Shown here in pieces: positions 1 to 15,998 of a stretch of 64,000 nucleotides of DNA. Below the pieces are notes generated by a model. That model did not search any database and was not told where the DNA came from. It worked only from the letters and a program-made list of their open reading frames with translations. Position 1 is the stretch's first letter. The number at the start of each line of letters is the position of its first letter. A program made the translations under genes and the position numbers. Origin of the DNA: Adineta vaga. Taxonomy: Eukaryota > Animalia > Rotifera. The stretch covers positions 6,820,001 to 6,884,000 of the forward strand of contig CP075495.1 in the NCBI GenBank assembly GCA_021613535.1, given 5' to 3'.

Positions 1-729
<729 letters not shown>

Positions 730-1786
730 GTGAAAAATATTATATTTTAAGTGCGAACTTTTTCATTCGGATTTGCTTATTTGATCTTTTAACCTTTATG
801 TAGTTCAACTATTTCAGTAAAGAATACAGTATAAATCATGAAATTAGTTTGAACTTTTTCATTGTATCATTGCACGAACTTTCATAGAAAACACAAATAT
901 CTTTAGTATTCAGAAGGACAGTTCGATATTTCATATTTAGTTTCAAAAGCGAAATGAACATAAAGTCGTTACCTTTTTTCAGGACACTTTTGATGTAATT
1001 ATCGATAGTATCAGTCTAATATATAAAAATCAAATATATTTACAAGTTCAATTGTAACAAAGAAGAAACGATGACAACCGGAAAACACTTTAAGTATCGT
1101 TTCTCTCTCTCTCACTCTCGAACAAGAAGAAGTCCTTTCCGATAAAATGAAACAATAGAGAAAGTATGATTAGAATGAAAAAATTTTCTTTTTTCTACAT
1201 CATTTCGAACACTTCTAAAGGATCACTATCGTTATTAAACGAACGTATTTTATATTTCACTACTGTCGGCATCTACCGCATATAAGATGTTAACGCATGT
1301 AAGATCTAGGTCAAAAACATATAGTATCATAGACTATAGTGATTAATCTAGCACAATATTTTTCAATACCAATTGTATAGTTAAATATTTTGAATTGTAA
1401 TAACACAGCAACTGCCTTCATAGCACGTGAGGAAATATTCAGAATGGAAATGGTTTTATTATATTTCCTACATTCTCAATAATAGTATCTACTATGAATG
1501 GCTTTTTTTATGTATTACATTGAATCTTTCAATACCCTCTCAAAGATATTTATTAAGCCTAGCTACCTTGTGGGTAAGAAGAAAAAGAAGAAACTTTTCA
1601 TCTGTATATATTTACTCTTCGCCCGATCGTCCACCGACAAAAACAAGAGAACGAACGATATATGTAAAACAAAAAAATATATAACGTGTGTTTAAAACAA
1701 CATAGCGATTTCTATCTGCAGCTTTATCTTTGCATGCTGATGATGATATCGTTATTTTGTTATTTTTCACTTCTCTACTGTTTCAG

Positions 1787-4010
<2,224 letters not shown>

Positions 4011-4372
4011 AACATTGATTTTAATTTTTAGTTTTTCCTTAGTTTTTTTTCATATAGTTTAACGACCTATGTAACGGAAATGTTGACGAAAGAAAAGAAA
4101 AGAAAAATAGTCTATAGTTTGTTCTATCTTATGTCATTTGATTCATTCGACGATAGAAACGAAGAAGAAAAAATTGAGTTCACTGTCATTGACAGACAGC
4201 ATAAGTTCATCGAAATTTTGTTCATTCTGTTGGCGAATACGGAATTTATCTTAGTCTAGAATGAGCAACATTGTCCTTTTTTGACCTTTTCCATACATTG
4301 CGAACGTATTATTCAGACGCTTGAAACGATTGAAAAGAAAAGGTGTATTACTGAAAATAGCCAGAGAAACGA

Positions 4373-5317
4373 ATGCCACGAGGAATTAGTTGGAGTTTTA
4401 ATGAAACTGAAGCATTAATCCGTCTATGGGCAGATTCAACAACACAAACAGCATTACGATTAAATAGTCGAAATCGTTGTATCTATGAAGATATTGCAAA
4501 TCAATTGCAAACAATAGGAATTACTCGCTCAGCTGATCGTAAGTAGTAATAGTAATCGTTTTATTGTTCAATGGTTCTAGTTTTTAAATTATTTAAGAAT
4601 GTCAAATGCGTGTAAAATTATTGAAGAAAATGTATCGTCAAACGAATGACGCTATAAAACGTGGTGATGTTTTTCAACAACGTCCCTGTCCATTTTACAA
4701 TGAAATGCATCGCATCTTCTCGGGTTCCGATGATCCAAATGGATCGACATCATTCTCAAACGTCATTGCTAAACGATGATGAGAACGATAATGAAGGAGG
4801 AGAAGACGAAGAGGAAGATATGGATAATTTCGAACAAGAAAATGAGAATGAAATTTCCTCACCGGATGATAAAATAACACAAGCAATTCATCGATTGATT
4901 GAATATCAAAAACAAACTGAAGTATAGTTTTTGAATTCATTACGATTTATAATTCATTTCATTTGTTAGGCACGTTGGTATAAATATCTCGAACAACAAG
5001 CAAATTTAGAACTACAACGTCGACAAGACGATCGTGCATATCAACTTCAATTAATTCAATTATTAACAAATGTTATTTCAACAAATCTAAATTCATCAAC
5101 GTTTTCACAACAACCAATGGTTCATAATAATGATTCTTTGATAGAAAAAGTATTACCAGATCAAGAAGAGCATGTTAATCGAGGAGAAAAACGTAAATGT
5201 TCACCGAAAACATCGATGAATGATAAAAAAGCAAAACTACGACAAACATTACCTTCAAATTTCTATTCACTTCTAGCACAAATTCACAATATAAACACTG
5301 TTCATGATGATGCTTAA
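4373..5317 (+). CDS. Myb/SANT-like (trihelix, MSANTD-type) DNA-binding protein with acidic tract and coiled coil, 3 exons
   Basis: MPRGISWSFNETEALIRLWAD...NRCIYEDIANQLQTIGITRSAD..CQMRVKLLKKMYR...CPFYNEMHRIF matches the Myb_DNA-bind_4 pattern (W..ET.ALI..W / Y..IA..L / RS..QC..K.K.L..Y / CPFY.EM..IF). Confidence 0.8.
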
Positions 5318-6022
5318 TCTGATTTGTACATTCGTTCTGTAGTGTATAAAACTAAAAATTTTTTGCTAAAATAAATTCATAAAATGTTTCCTAATTTCAT
5401 CATTAGCTCCAGTTCTCAAATTTATCACGATTCGATAAATACAAAACAATGGTAAGCATTCTTATGTAAAGTAGTTCATTTTTGTTTGCATTTAGTGTTT
5501 TGTTTAAATGAAATAACCTACATTATTCATTGTGTTTCTAACTTTGTTTTGTTTTAAAAAAAAAAGACGAATTCATGTTAAACATACAAAAACACTGCAA
5601 AATAGAAGACAAAAAAATATACGAATGGACGGATATTTCATTTATAGATTTGGAAGTAAAAAAGAACGAAACGACAAGAATATTAGGACTCAAAAGAAAA
5701 CAAAAACAGAACAGAAGCATAAGAAAGACAAACAAAAGAAACTATTCTATTCTAGCATCTGATCAACAGGTGAATAAATATATTCCTGTGATTTGGATTC
5801 TTTTATTTTAAATAAAATTTCGTATTTTTTCAACTATGTACGCATGTGTAATGAAAAGAAAAACAAACAATTATTATTAAGAATAATAGAGACAAGCAAA
5901 TAGAAAACGAAAAAACAAAAATAACATATTTGCTTTTTAGCAAAAAAAATATGTTGTAGAAATTTGTCTCTAAGGGGGTGGTAAAGTGTTTTTTTTTCTT
6001 TCTCTATGTTCTAATATTACTG

Positions 6023-9000
6023 TTATTGGGAAGTAGTATTATCAACTAAATCATGTTCATTTTGATAGAAGAGTGCTAAGCGCTCTTGAATTGCTTCAGT
6101 TTGATTTGGTTGTCGACGATCAAATGAATGATATTTACCTTGTGTATCAATAAAGATTTGTCGATCATGCGAATCAGCTCGTATAATCATTTCACTATCA
6201 TCACTGAATACGACACGAAAAGTTCGATTAGAATATTCCGTAATTGATTTTCGAGTTAATGGAATCGAATTTATTCCTGTTAGTTTTCCTGTTAATGTTC
6301 CACCTGTTGGTGTTGAACTAACTGATGCTGAACGAGTAGAAAGAGATGATGTATCATGAACAGGATGTACCGATTGAGAACGTGGTATCGTTATTGGTAC
6401 TGACGATTGAGGCATATAAGAAACTTGATGATGAGAATCCGTCGTACGTAATGTTGATGATGAATTTGAATGTTGTAGAGCATTACGTAAAATATTTGTG
6501 GATGGTGGACCTGAAGTTGTTGCAGATGAATTTCGTGCTCGTCGAATGTCAATATCAGAAGTGAATTCAGGTCGAGTAGAGAGCATTTGTGAATAAGTAC
6601 CAAATGATGCTGATGGTAATATACATGGTTCATTAATAGTCGAAGATGAACCACCGAATTTACTCAACATATTTCGTCCAGCACAACTTGGAGTATCTAG
6701 AACGAAATAAATATCCATATATGTACATGCTTATATATTTCATCTTTTATCGAAAAATTCAATTATCAATAGAAATTTAATGATAAGTACATGAGAAGGA
6801 CAAAGTACCTCTGACATTTGACTTGTTACACAATGCTACTCTTGTGAGAAAATTCATGAAGCAGAATGAACCATTATTCTAATAGACGAATAGTTTTTCA
6901 TACTTGTCCTTTCCCGAACATTTTAAAGACTAATTATGTGATAGTTCTTCTCTCAGATCTACTGAATAACAATCTGAATATTCATAGATTGAATTTATCT
7001 TCTAGATTTTTGTTTTCTTTTTGTACATGATCATCCTGTTGTGAAGTTTATTTCGAAAACCTAGCAATGTATAGGTGTAACTAGACGCATTTTTAGATCT
7101 ATCAATGATTGAATTTTGTAGATCAGAGAGAAGAATGAAAATAAAAGCTTACTTGGTCTATTAGCATCCGGTTGAATATGTTTCTTTCCAAATTGGACAG
7201 GAAATATTTGAATTGAAGGAAATTGTTTTTGACTTTCTTCAAGAATTTTATCTTTCGATAAACAAAATTTATAAAACTAAAATTAAATCATTAGAAAAAA
7301 GATGGATTGGATTGAAAAAGTGATAACATACTGCTATAGTTTTGTCAATAATTTGACGAATTTCTGGACTGAAATGTTCAATAGCTGATACATTCGGTGT
7401 AGTAATACGATCATATTCTAATAAAGATTCAGATTTATCAATATTATTGAAAATCTTCATTTTTAAAGGATCATCAGGTTTATAATTTTCTCGGTAGATA
7501 ATGATTTTGACACCACAGAGAAAAATTGCTTCAAAATCAACACCTATTTCCATTAATGAACATTTCGCGTCAGTTGTATAGAGAACTATTTTCGGCGTTC
7601 GTGAACGAACTAATGTGACAAATCTAGAAGTACGATAAAGAATGGTAACGAACAGAATGTAAATCTCAATATTAATTTACTTATGAGCATATTGATATTT
7701 TTTCCAATATTCTGATGGTAATCGATTAAAATGATATTCCTGATAAGCATTTTTATCACGTGGAATAGGTGGAGGATGATCACTACCTGGTGAACCATGA
7801 CGACTGTTTGGTGTGTAAGTGATAATATGTAAACCATCACCAGATACACGAAAAACATCAACAATACGACGTTTTGTAGTTTTTGTACGGATAGTTTCAA
7901 GTACAACTTCACCATTTTCCATAATATTCATCTAAAAATTTCAACGATATCAAATAGAAAAGAGCATAGAGCATAGAAAGAAATATTTCAATTACAATCA
8001 ACGATTTTGTTGCTTGACGATGGGATTTTAATCGTTGAGTATTTAATGGTTGAAGTCTTTCACGTAATTGTTCAACATTAATATCAAAAGCTGGTTCTTG
8101 TTGTCGTTGTTGTTGAGAATTTAGTAATTGTTGATAAGAATTCGAAGACGGTAATCGTTGATGTCCTAGTGTTGAGGTATCACTACTATTGGTATAAGTT
8201 ATTTTCGGACTTGATTCTGATTTTGCACTACAATCAATCGATGTTTTTGGATCTGATTGCGGTACACCACTATCTTGAGATCGAACTGATGATGTGGCAC
8301 TAGTAGGTCGATAATCTATCACATTTGTCGGTCCATTGTAATTTGAATCATTACAACGTGTTGACGTATCTAATGAGGAACTAAAGGCGAAAAAAGAAAT
8401 AAGATAATTGTTTTAGTACGTTGATTGATGGATTATATACTTGTGTCCGGTATTCATCGATTGTTGAAGAGACTGTGTAGGATGATATTCGTAGGCTCGA
8501 GTGAATGTAGGCGTTGTTTTGAATATTGATTCATTGTGAGGTGATGTAGTCGGAGGAGATATTGGATTTGGTCTGAAGTGACACAAATGGGATTAGTTGT
8601 AGGTCAGAATACTCTTCGTTTCTATCTATAAACTTACGAAAATACACGAGGAGCATAGTTTCCTTTTGATATCGATGTTGAATTTGAAACAGTACTAATC
8701 GTTGAACGTTGCTGTCCAACATTGTCAACAAAACCGCTATCATGAGATCGATCAACAGCGAATCCCCACTAAAATGAATAGAGAATTTTGTAAAATAGAA
8801 TGAAATTCTTTTCATATTTATGAATTACTGATGCGAATCTAAAACTATTTGGTTGAAACGAACGTGAAAAATCTTTGGAGAAAAACGGATGATCACGAAT
8901 TTCTAAATATTCGAATAGAAAACAACGAAATAATTAATTAACTTTTTCAAAGAAACTAAACAAACCTATTATACTGGGACGTAATTCAGCTGTTTTTCTT

Positions 9001-10459
9001 AATGTACTATTGACAAGATCTTGAGCTTCTTCACTGAATGTTGTCGGTAGTTCATATTTTTCATGCGTTACTTTACTTAATGTTCCATGAACAGCTAAAA
9101 TATTTTCATAAAAGACATGTTAAATCAAAAGAACATTTATTTTTCTTAACTTACTATCTGTATCAAATGGAGGATGTCCAGTTAATAATGTGGTAATAAG
9201 AATTCCTAATGACCATACATCAGTTGCAAAACTATGTGGTGCTCGACTGGCGATTTCTCTATTAAGAAAAAACAAAGAATCAATTGTAAGAAGAATATTA
9301 TTTTGTTTTCTTACGGCGAAATATAATTTGGCGTCCCACACATAGTTTCATTGTTTTGATCACGTGCTAATTGTATTTTTTTAGCTAAACCAAAGTCAGC
9401 TATTTTCTAAAGAAATGAAAAACAAAACGGTATTCGAATTGGCAGATTAAACATAAACAAGGCGTAAATTTATTCTTCGAATACTTGAAATGCTTTTCTT
9501 GTCGACAAGAATTGTCAATGAATAAAAAAAAGCAGTTTTTTTCCGGTTTCAATTATATTCATCGTGATTGACAAAATGAATTTGTAGAATCATGTATGAA
9601 ACTCGATGGACAATACAAGGCTTTATATGCTAATGTAATTATTCAACGTACGTAAAATACCTGGGTAATATTCTGAAGTATTTGATGCATAAAAATCAAC
9701 TTCAATGAAACTTTAGCATAGAATAAATAGGAATCACTCATTTGTATTCAAAGATCTCTTGAATTTGATTCGTTTTAGAGTAATATCTAGAACTTAACTT
9801 ACCACTTCAGATGTTTCCGTTAGAAGTAGATTGGAAAGTTTTATATCCCGATGTATAATTCCATGACTATGTAAATATACTAGACCGTCAACAACTTGTT
9901 TGACAATATGTTGTGCTAAATATATGAATTTGATTCCATATTTTTCTTCCTTTATCTTTAAATGACTTACTTTCTGCTTCAGTAAATGATTTCTTCTCTT
10001 TTAAATATCGTTCTAAATCACCACCGGAACAAAGTTCAAGAATTAAATAAACACTTTGATCATCATAGAAATAATTCAATAATTCTACGATATTATTATG
10101 TTTAACTTGATGATGAATAGTTATTTCAGCATTTAATCGATCAAGTAACGATACCGAACGTGAACTAGGTATAACATGACGATGATGTATATTTGCTTGT
10201 TCGAGTTTCTTTCGTTCAACCTATTTATAATATCAAATGATTGAATAAAAAAATATGGAAATATTAAATCTATGTACACTTACTATTTTACAAGCCACAA
10301 GACGACTGTCAGCTTTTCGACGAGCTTCACGAACAGTAGCAAAGCCGCCTCTACCAAGTTCCCGAGATAATTCATAGTGCTAAAAAAATTATTTTTTTTT
10401 TGTCATTAGAATTTATCTTTGATATTAACACGTACGCTTATTGTTTCATCTAACCACAT
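6023..10459 (-). CDS. PLK4: Polo-like kinase 4 (SAK)
   Basis: N-terminal kinase ([44 protein letters not shown]), cryptic polo boxes ([10 protein letters not shown]...VFRVSGDG...[25 protein letters not shown]) and a C-terminal PB3 ([11 protein letters not shown]...IQERLALF). Confidence 0.9.
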
Positions 10460-12252
10460 TTTGTATGCGTAAAGCTGTGAAGAAGTGTAAAAAGAAAGGA
10501 ATCTTACAGGATTAATCTATTAACGAAAAGGACATTTTTTTCTAATCGCCTGGAAGAAAAGAGGACAAAATGCAAAAAAAGTTCTCTTTTTTTGTTTCTC
10601 TTTGTTTCTTGCATAGAAACAAATCAAAACATATATTTTTCGTTTTTCTTCTTTTCTTCTCTTGAAATAAATATACAATCTCTATTGGTTTGACGTCAAT
10701 ATATACATATATACATGAAATAGGAGAGTGAGAATAAAAGAAGATAACTCTTTCTTTTGGATTTCTTTTCAAAACAAAATTTCTCTAAATACTAATAAAT
10801 GATAAGAATTTCTTTTTTCATTTCTCTCTCTCTCTCTCACTCTCCCTATCGGATCGATGTTTCGTATTATTATTTGAAGTATAAATGTTTAATTGTAAAC
10901 AAAATTTCGAACTACTTAACTAACTCGACAAATGACCAAGCATTAAAGACCTCGAGATAGTCTTTAAATCGAAAAATTCGTTTCGTTTTCTCTTTGTAAT
11001 GGAGATACTTGAATGAAGTGGTTAAAGAAAAAAGAAAAGCAAAGTAGACATCATCGATGCACTTTAATATCTCAAATTTTGTTCAGGTACACTTTCATTC
11101 CCTTTTCTTTTTTTTTTCTATTTGTCTATTGTCTCAAAAGAATTGTGTTAATGGGTAAGATGAATTTCTTTCGATGGTCACTGAAACTAAAGTAAACAAA
11201 AAGCAACTTACAGTTATTTTTTCTTCACAAGCACCGATCGACATGATGATAGAATTGTTTGAATTCTTTCTTTCGTTTTCTTTCTTCAAAGCTTCTCTTT
11301 TTGTGTTCAATTATATGTTATACGTAAGAAAAACTCTTACTTGTGTACTCTCGTACGACAAGTAAAGATAAATGTTCCATCTAAGAACAAAATGTTCATT
11401 GATCTAAAAGAAAGATAAGTCACACCTGTTCATGATCTATTTCAATTAGAATTTTCTCCTTCATCTGACAGATATCTTGTTCAATGGAAGAAAAATCGGA
11501 TGAAAGTACCACTTCCATAAAAGAAGAAGAAGAAAAAAAGGAGAATAGAGAATGCAAAGAAAAAAAAAAGAAAATTACGAGTTTTTCTCACGTAATGAAT
11601 GTGTACGAGGGCCAGTAGTAAAACGAGAAGAAACATACATACCGTCGCATATATTCCATCGAGCAAACAAGACCAGAGAAAGAGAAGAAGAAGAAGAAGC
11701 AACAACAAAGCTCACTATGACAACGGACTCAATTGACAATTATATTAGACAGACAGATTTAAAGAAAAAAAAAGAAAGAATGGATATTTCTAAGAGTTCG
11801 TGAAAGTGGAAAAAAATATCGACAAAAGAAATGACCATGTTAGTCTTCATGTCTCTATACATCGAAAATGATTCCTTATAGCAATTGGAGCACTATTATG
11901 TAAATGACCAGCGAAGAGGGCGCTATGATGTGCTCAGTAATGCTCTATTTGATGTACACATCAATTAAACTTGAACTAATCGATGGAATATTATCCAAAA
12001 TTTAATGCGACTCGTTCTTTTTATTTTTATTCTGTAGATAAAATATCAATTGGCTTTTGATTAGTTTCAAATTTGTATGTCATAATTCTTATTCTGCGTA
12101 TTGATCTTTAGTAAAACTATTTTATATTTGTATATAGAAATGAAAGAAGAACATGATTTTAGTTTCTGTGCATTCTATTTTTTGTATCGATTAAAGAAAA
12201 TTCTATCACCAATTTCCTATAGATTGTGTGACAGAACACCGTATGTCATCTA

Positions 12253-12254
<2 letters not shown>

Positions 12255-12282
<28 letters not shown>
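12255..12282. repeat. (GT)n microsatellite
   Basis: About 14 consecutive GT units. Confidence 0.95.
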
Positions 12283-12287
<5 letters not shown>

Positions 12288-12897
12288 AATGTATGTATGG
12301 AATATAAGAAGAAAAGAAACCTTGAACCTTACGTGAATTGTTACTAGAAACTATGATTTCTTTTACATCATAATGAAGAACGTCTCGTCTTCATTTTTGA
12401 AAAAAAACTCTAAAGTCATGCCCATTAGAATCCCAGGAAAAATATGTTTGTTTGCTTTTATAAATAAACCATCTGTCTCTCCTTGAAAATACAATACAGT
12501 TTATTTATATCATGTATCAAATTATTTAGTAAATGAAGATGTCTGTTAGATATACGTCTTTTTTAGTTCATCATATTCACAAACAACTTCTTATGTCTTA
12601 TTTGATAAATAATCTAATCTATGTCTATGCAAAGATATTATTCAATGTCTTATAAATATACTAGAGAAGAAGAGAAATAATAATGACATACATTACACTT
12701 TTAGATCTTGAAACGATAGGCATCTTTTACTTGTTTTGTCTTATCGATTCACATCTTCTTTCTTATTTAGCATACATTTCAATTCATATAATCTTATCAA
12801 AATAAAGTATAACGTCACGTTGAGTATGTTGTAAGAAATTGAAAGATGAAGTTTTATTTAAATATACAAAAATAAACAAAATCTAAAGAGGATATAA

Positions 12898-15667
12898 TTA
12901 TGTTAGAAGAATAAGCAATAGAAATAAAGTTAATCGAAAAGAATAATTGTATGCAAAACAACTGTTATATTTTTGTGTTGATTGTTCAACAAAGTTATCC
13001 TTATCAATATTGATATTCCAAATAATTGGTTGTCGTTGATGATGTGATGGTATAGGTTTTGTCATTGTTGAACTGACAGAAGAAGATGATTGTCGAGTTG
13101 ATGACGCATCATTTTGGTCATCATTGTAAACATCTGATTCAGCATAATCATAGTAAGAAACAGTATTGATATCATCAAATAATGTATCATCATTGAGAGA
13201 AACTGTTGGTACATGAGGAATCGTTGGTGTACTTTTGAATGTTGTTGATGAAATTGATTCGTCATGTGCATCTTCATATGCATAATCTGAATAATGTAAT
13301 TCATCATCGTTTGGATAATCATCTAAACCATCAGGTAAACTGAATTTTATAGTGTCCGATAACATTTTAGTCTTATTTGTTACTGTTGAGTTATCTAAAA
13401 AGAAGAAAACAAAATGTTTACATTTATTTCTTTTTTCTCTTCGAATAAATTAAACCTAATGGTATTTGTTGTATATTTCCAATTATCTGTGATTTCTCTC
13501 GAATTTCTTTTAATAACCATTGTAAACGTAAACTTAATGGTTTATCATAATGAGTTTGAATCGATTGTTGACTAAAAATATTCAAATTTCATCTAAACTA
13601 TTAACTTCCATCATTACTTATTATTATTTGAAATTCTAGTGCCTGTCCAACAAAGATTTTCATTCGATGCTGATATACCATTCGATTGACATATTTGATC
13701 GGGTAGTATTAACCAAAATGATCTATACTTTTTTAATGATTCTTTCATAGACATCAGTTGTTCATCAAGTATAGATAACGAATTCCGATGGTCATTTTGG
13801 AATTTTTGATTATGATCAAAGATTTCTTTTCGTAAAGGTACAGATCCACATTGATTAATTATCTTTGAAGTAAAAGAAAAAGAAATGCATGTATATAGTA
13901 AGAATAATCAAAAGTATACATCTTGATTTAAGATTCCATCTGAATTGAAATAAGTTATGATTGCATCAAAAATCGATGTACTAATCGATGATAAAGCTTT
14001 TTCAATTCCATTAAAATAAGAAATATTTTCCAGCGAATCTAAATGAAGAATTAAATCATAGAAGATTTATTGTATATTTATCTTACCAATAAAGTTTGTC
14101 CAAACATTATTAATTAAAGTTATATTTACAAGACAACTTTCGATGATATTAATACAATTTGATAAACAAGGTAATTCAGTTCGTCCAGAACATAAATTAC
14201 AATAAGTTAGTTGTAAATATGAATCAATACAATGATTATCAGTAGTTACACTCTAGAAGATATAAAATATATCAAAGACAAGGATTTTAAATGAGTTTTA
14301 TCTTAATACAAAATGACGTTTATGAATAAATAAATCAAGATTTCTTCTTTTTCATCTAAACTTTCGAATCTTATAGAAGATTAAATGATAATTACCACTT
14401 GACTAAACAAGAAGAAGTTAAACTTCATTGCATGTCAATCCAATTTTGCTATTCTCTCAAAACTCATCGGTAATGTCGTCAAGTTAATTGAAGTGACTTC
14501 GAATGTTTTCTGCTTGATTGAATTTTATCTCTTTGAACAAATCAATAGATCAACTATGGTATATTAACCCATAAATATATTCGATATCAAAGTTAATCGA
14601 TCGATAATGACTTTTTGTCAATGTGTCTCACACCTTGCCATGAACATATGGGTATTTATAATTTCATAGTGTGAAAATTAGAGGGTTATAAAATGAACAA
14701 AAGAAAGAGAGAATAGTTAGATTGACAATTCTTATTCCTGCAAGAAAAAAGATACTTCTATTCCTTTTTCAAAATCTTGATTTCTATTTACATGTTTATA
14801 ATTAACCCATAATTACAGATCTATTCTCTGCGGCTCATCTGTACTTTGAAATATATCGTTACATCTATTCAGTTTGATTAGTTTATCGATAAGGAACAAA
14901 AAACTAACACATATAATTTAATATTTTCACTTACCATCGACATAAATTGAACAAGTTCAATACTTAATTTTAATAATTCATTTAAATGTAATAATTTGCC
15001 TAGATTCATTTCTAATTGTTTAGCAAGAATATTTGGTCGATTACCAAATGGATGATTTCTCCACAAACATAAGAAATATGTTGATATTCTTGATTGATTT
15101 TCATTATTAAATTCAATTGATAATCGAAGAATTTGACGAAATAATTCTTCAACATAATTTTGAATATCATATTGATATGTTTTATGTGTTAATGTTAATA
15201 AATTATTAAAAAATAATTCCAAGGATGAATGAAATGAGATTTTCGAAGAATTTCTTTGAAAAACAAGATAAGTTTCATTACGAGATAATTCAATTAATTG
15301 ATTAATTGTATCTAAATATAAATTATTGAGAAAAAAAAGAAATGAATTCTTTATTCAAGTGTAAGATATACAAACTATTGAAATTATTTGTTAAACGAAG
15401 TAATGGTTCATATAAATCAATTGAATACAATTCAAATAATTGATAAAGTTCAATTGATGTTGCATTTTGTATTTGATCTTCATAGATTTGTGGACAACAC
15501 GAATCATTGATAAAATTTTGACATAATTTTAAACCATTGAAAGTGTTCTCAGGTATTGCTATATGAATATCATATTTTGTTAATTTATTATTTAATATTA
15601 AACATGAATTTGTTTGTGTTGAAATTGAATTGATTAATAAAGATAGAAAAATCAAGAAATAAGACAT
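12898..15667 (-). CDS. GPC: Divergent glypican (signal peptide, Cys-rich core, GPI-type C-terminal hydrophobic tail)
   Basis: Signal peptide MSYFLIFLSLLINSIS; LKLC...DSCC; CLWRNHPFGNRP; C..LQLTYCNLCSG..LPCLSNCINIIESCL; FWLILPDQIC...CWTG; C-terminal FRLTLFLLLILLT*. The Cys spacing is the glypican pattern. Confidence 0.85.
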
Positions 15668-15998
15668 GAAGTTTGTCCTTTTCTTCTCTTTCTCTGATCA
15701 AATGATTGAATACAGCAAATTGGATATTCTCTTTCTCTCTCGCATTTTCTCTCTTCTCTTCTCTTCTCTCTCTTGAGAAATGATATTCATCGTCGATCGA
15801 GCATGTTGTTCATCAGTTGGATACATACATACATACATCTATGTATATATACATTCTACCAACTGTCATCTATGTATATTAAAAAATCAATTCTCTTTTA
15901 CATCTTGAGAAACAAATTGAGAAAAAATGTTTTTGAAAATATTACCACATCAATTATCTTGACCAGGTTAGAGGTTATTTTTCTCGATGTTTTTCTAT

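Noticed and set aside
10684-10698. CCAAT box plus TGACGTCA (CRE) upstream of PLK4
   Set aside because: Plausible promoter motifs but too short to support without TSS or conservation data.
10542-11803. Several 60-83 aa ORFs upstream of PLK4
   Set aside because: F/K/L-rich translations of A/T-run and AG-repeat non-coding DNA, with no motifs or exon chain.
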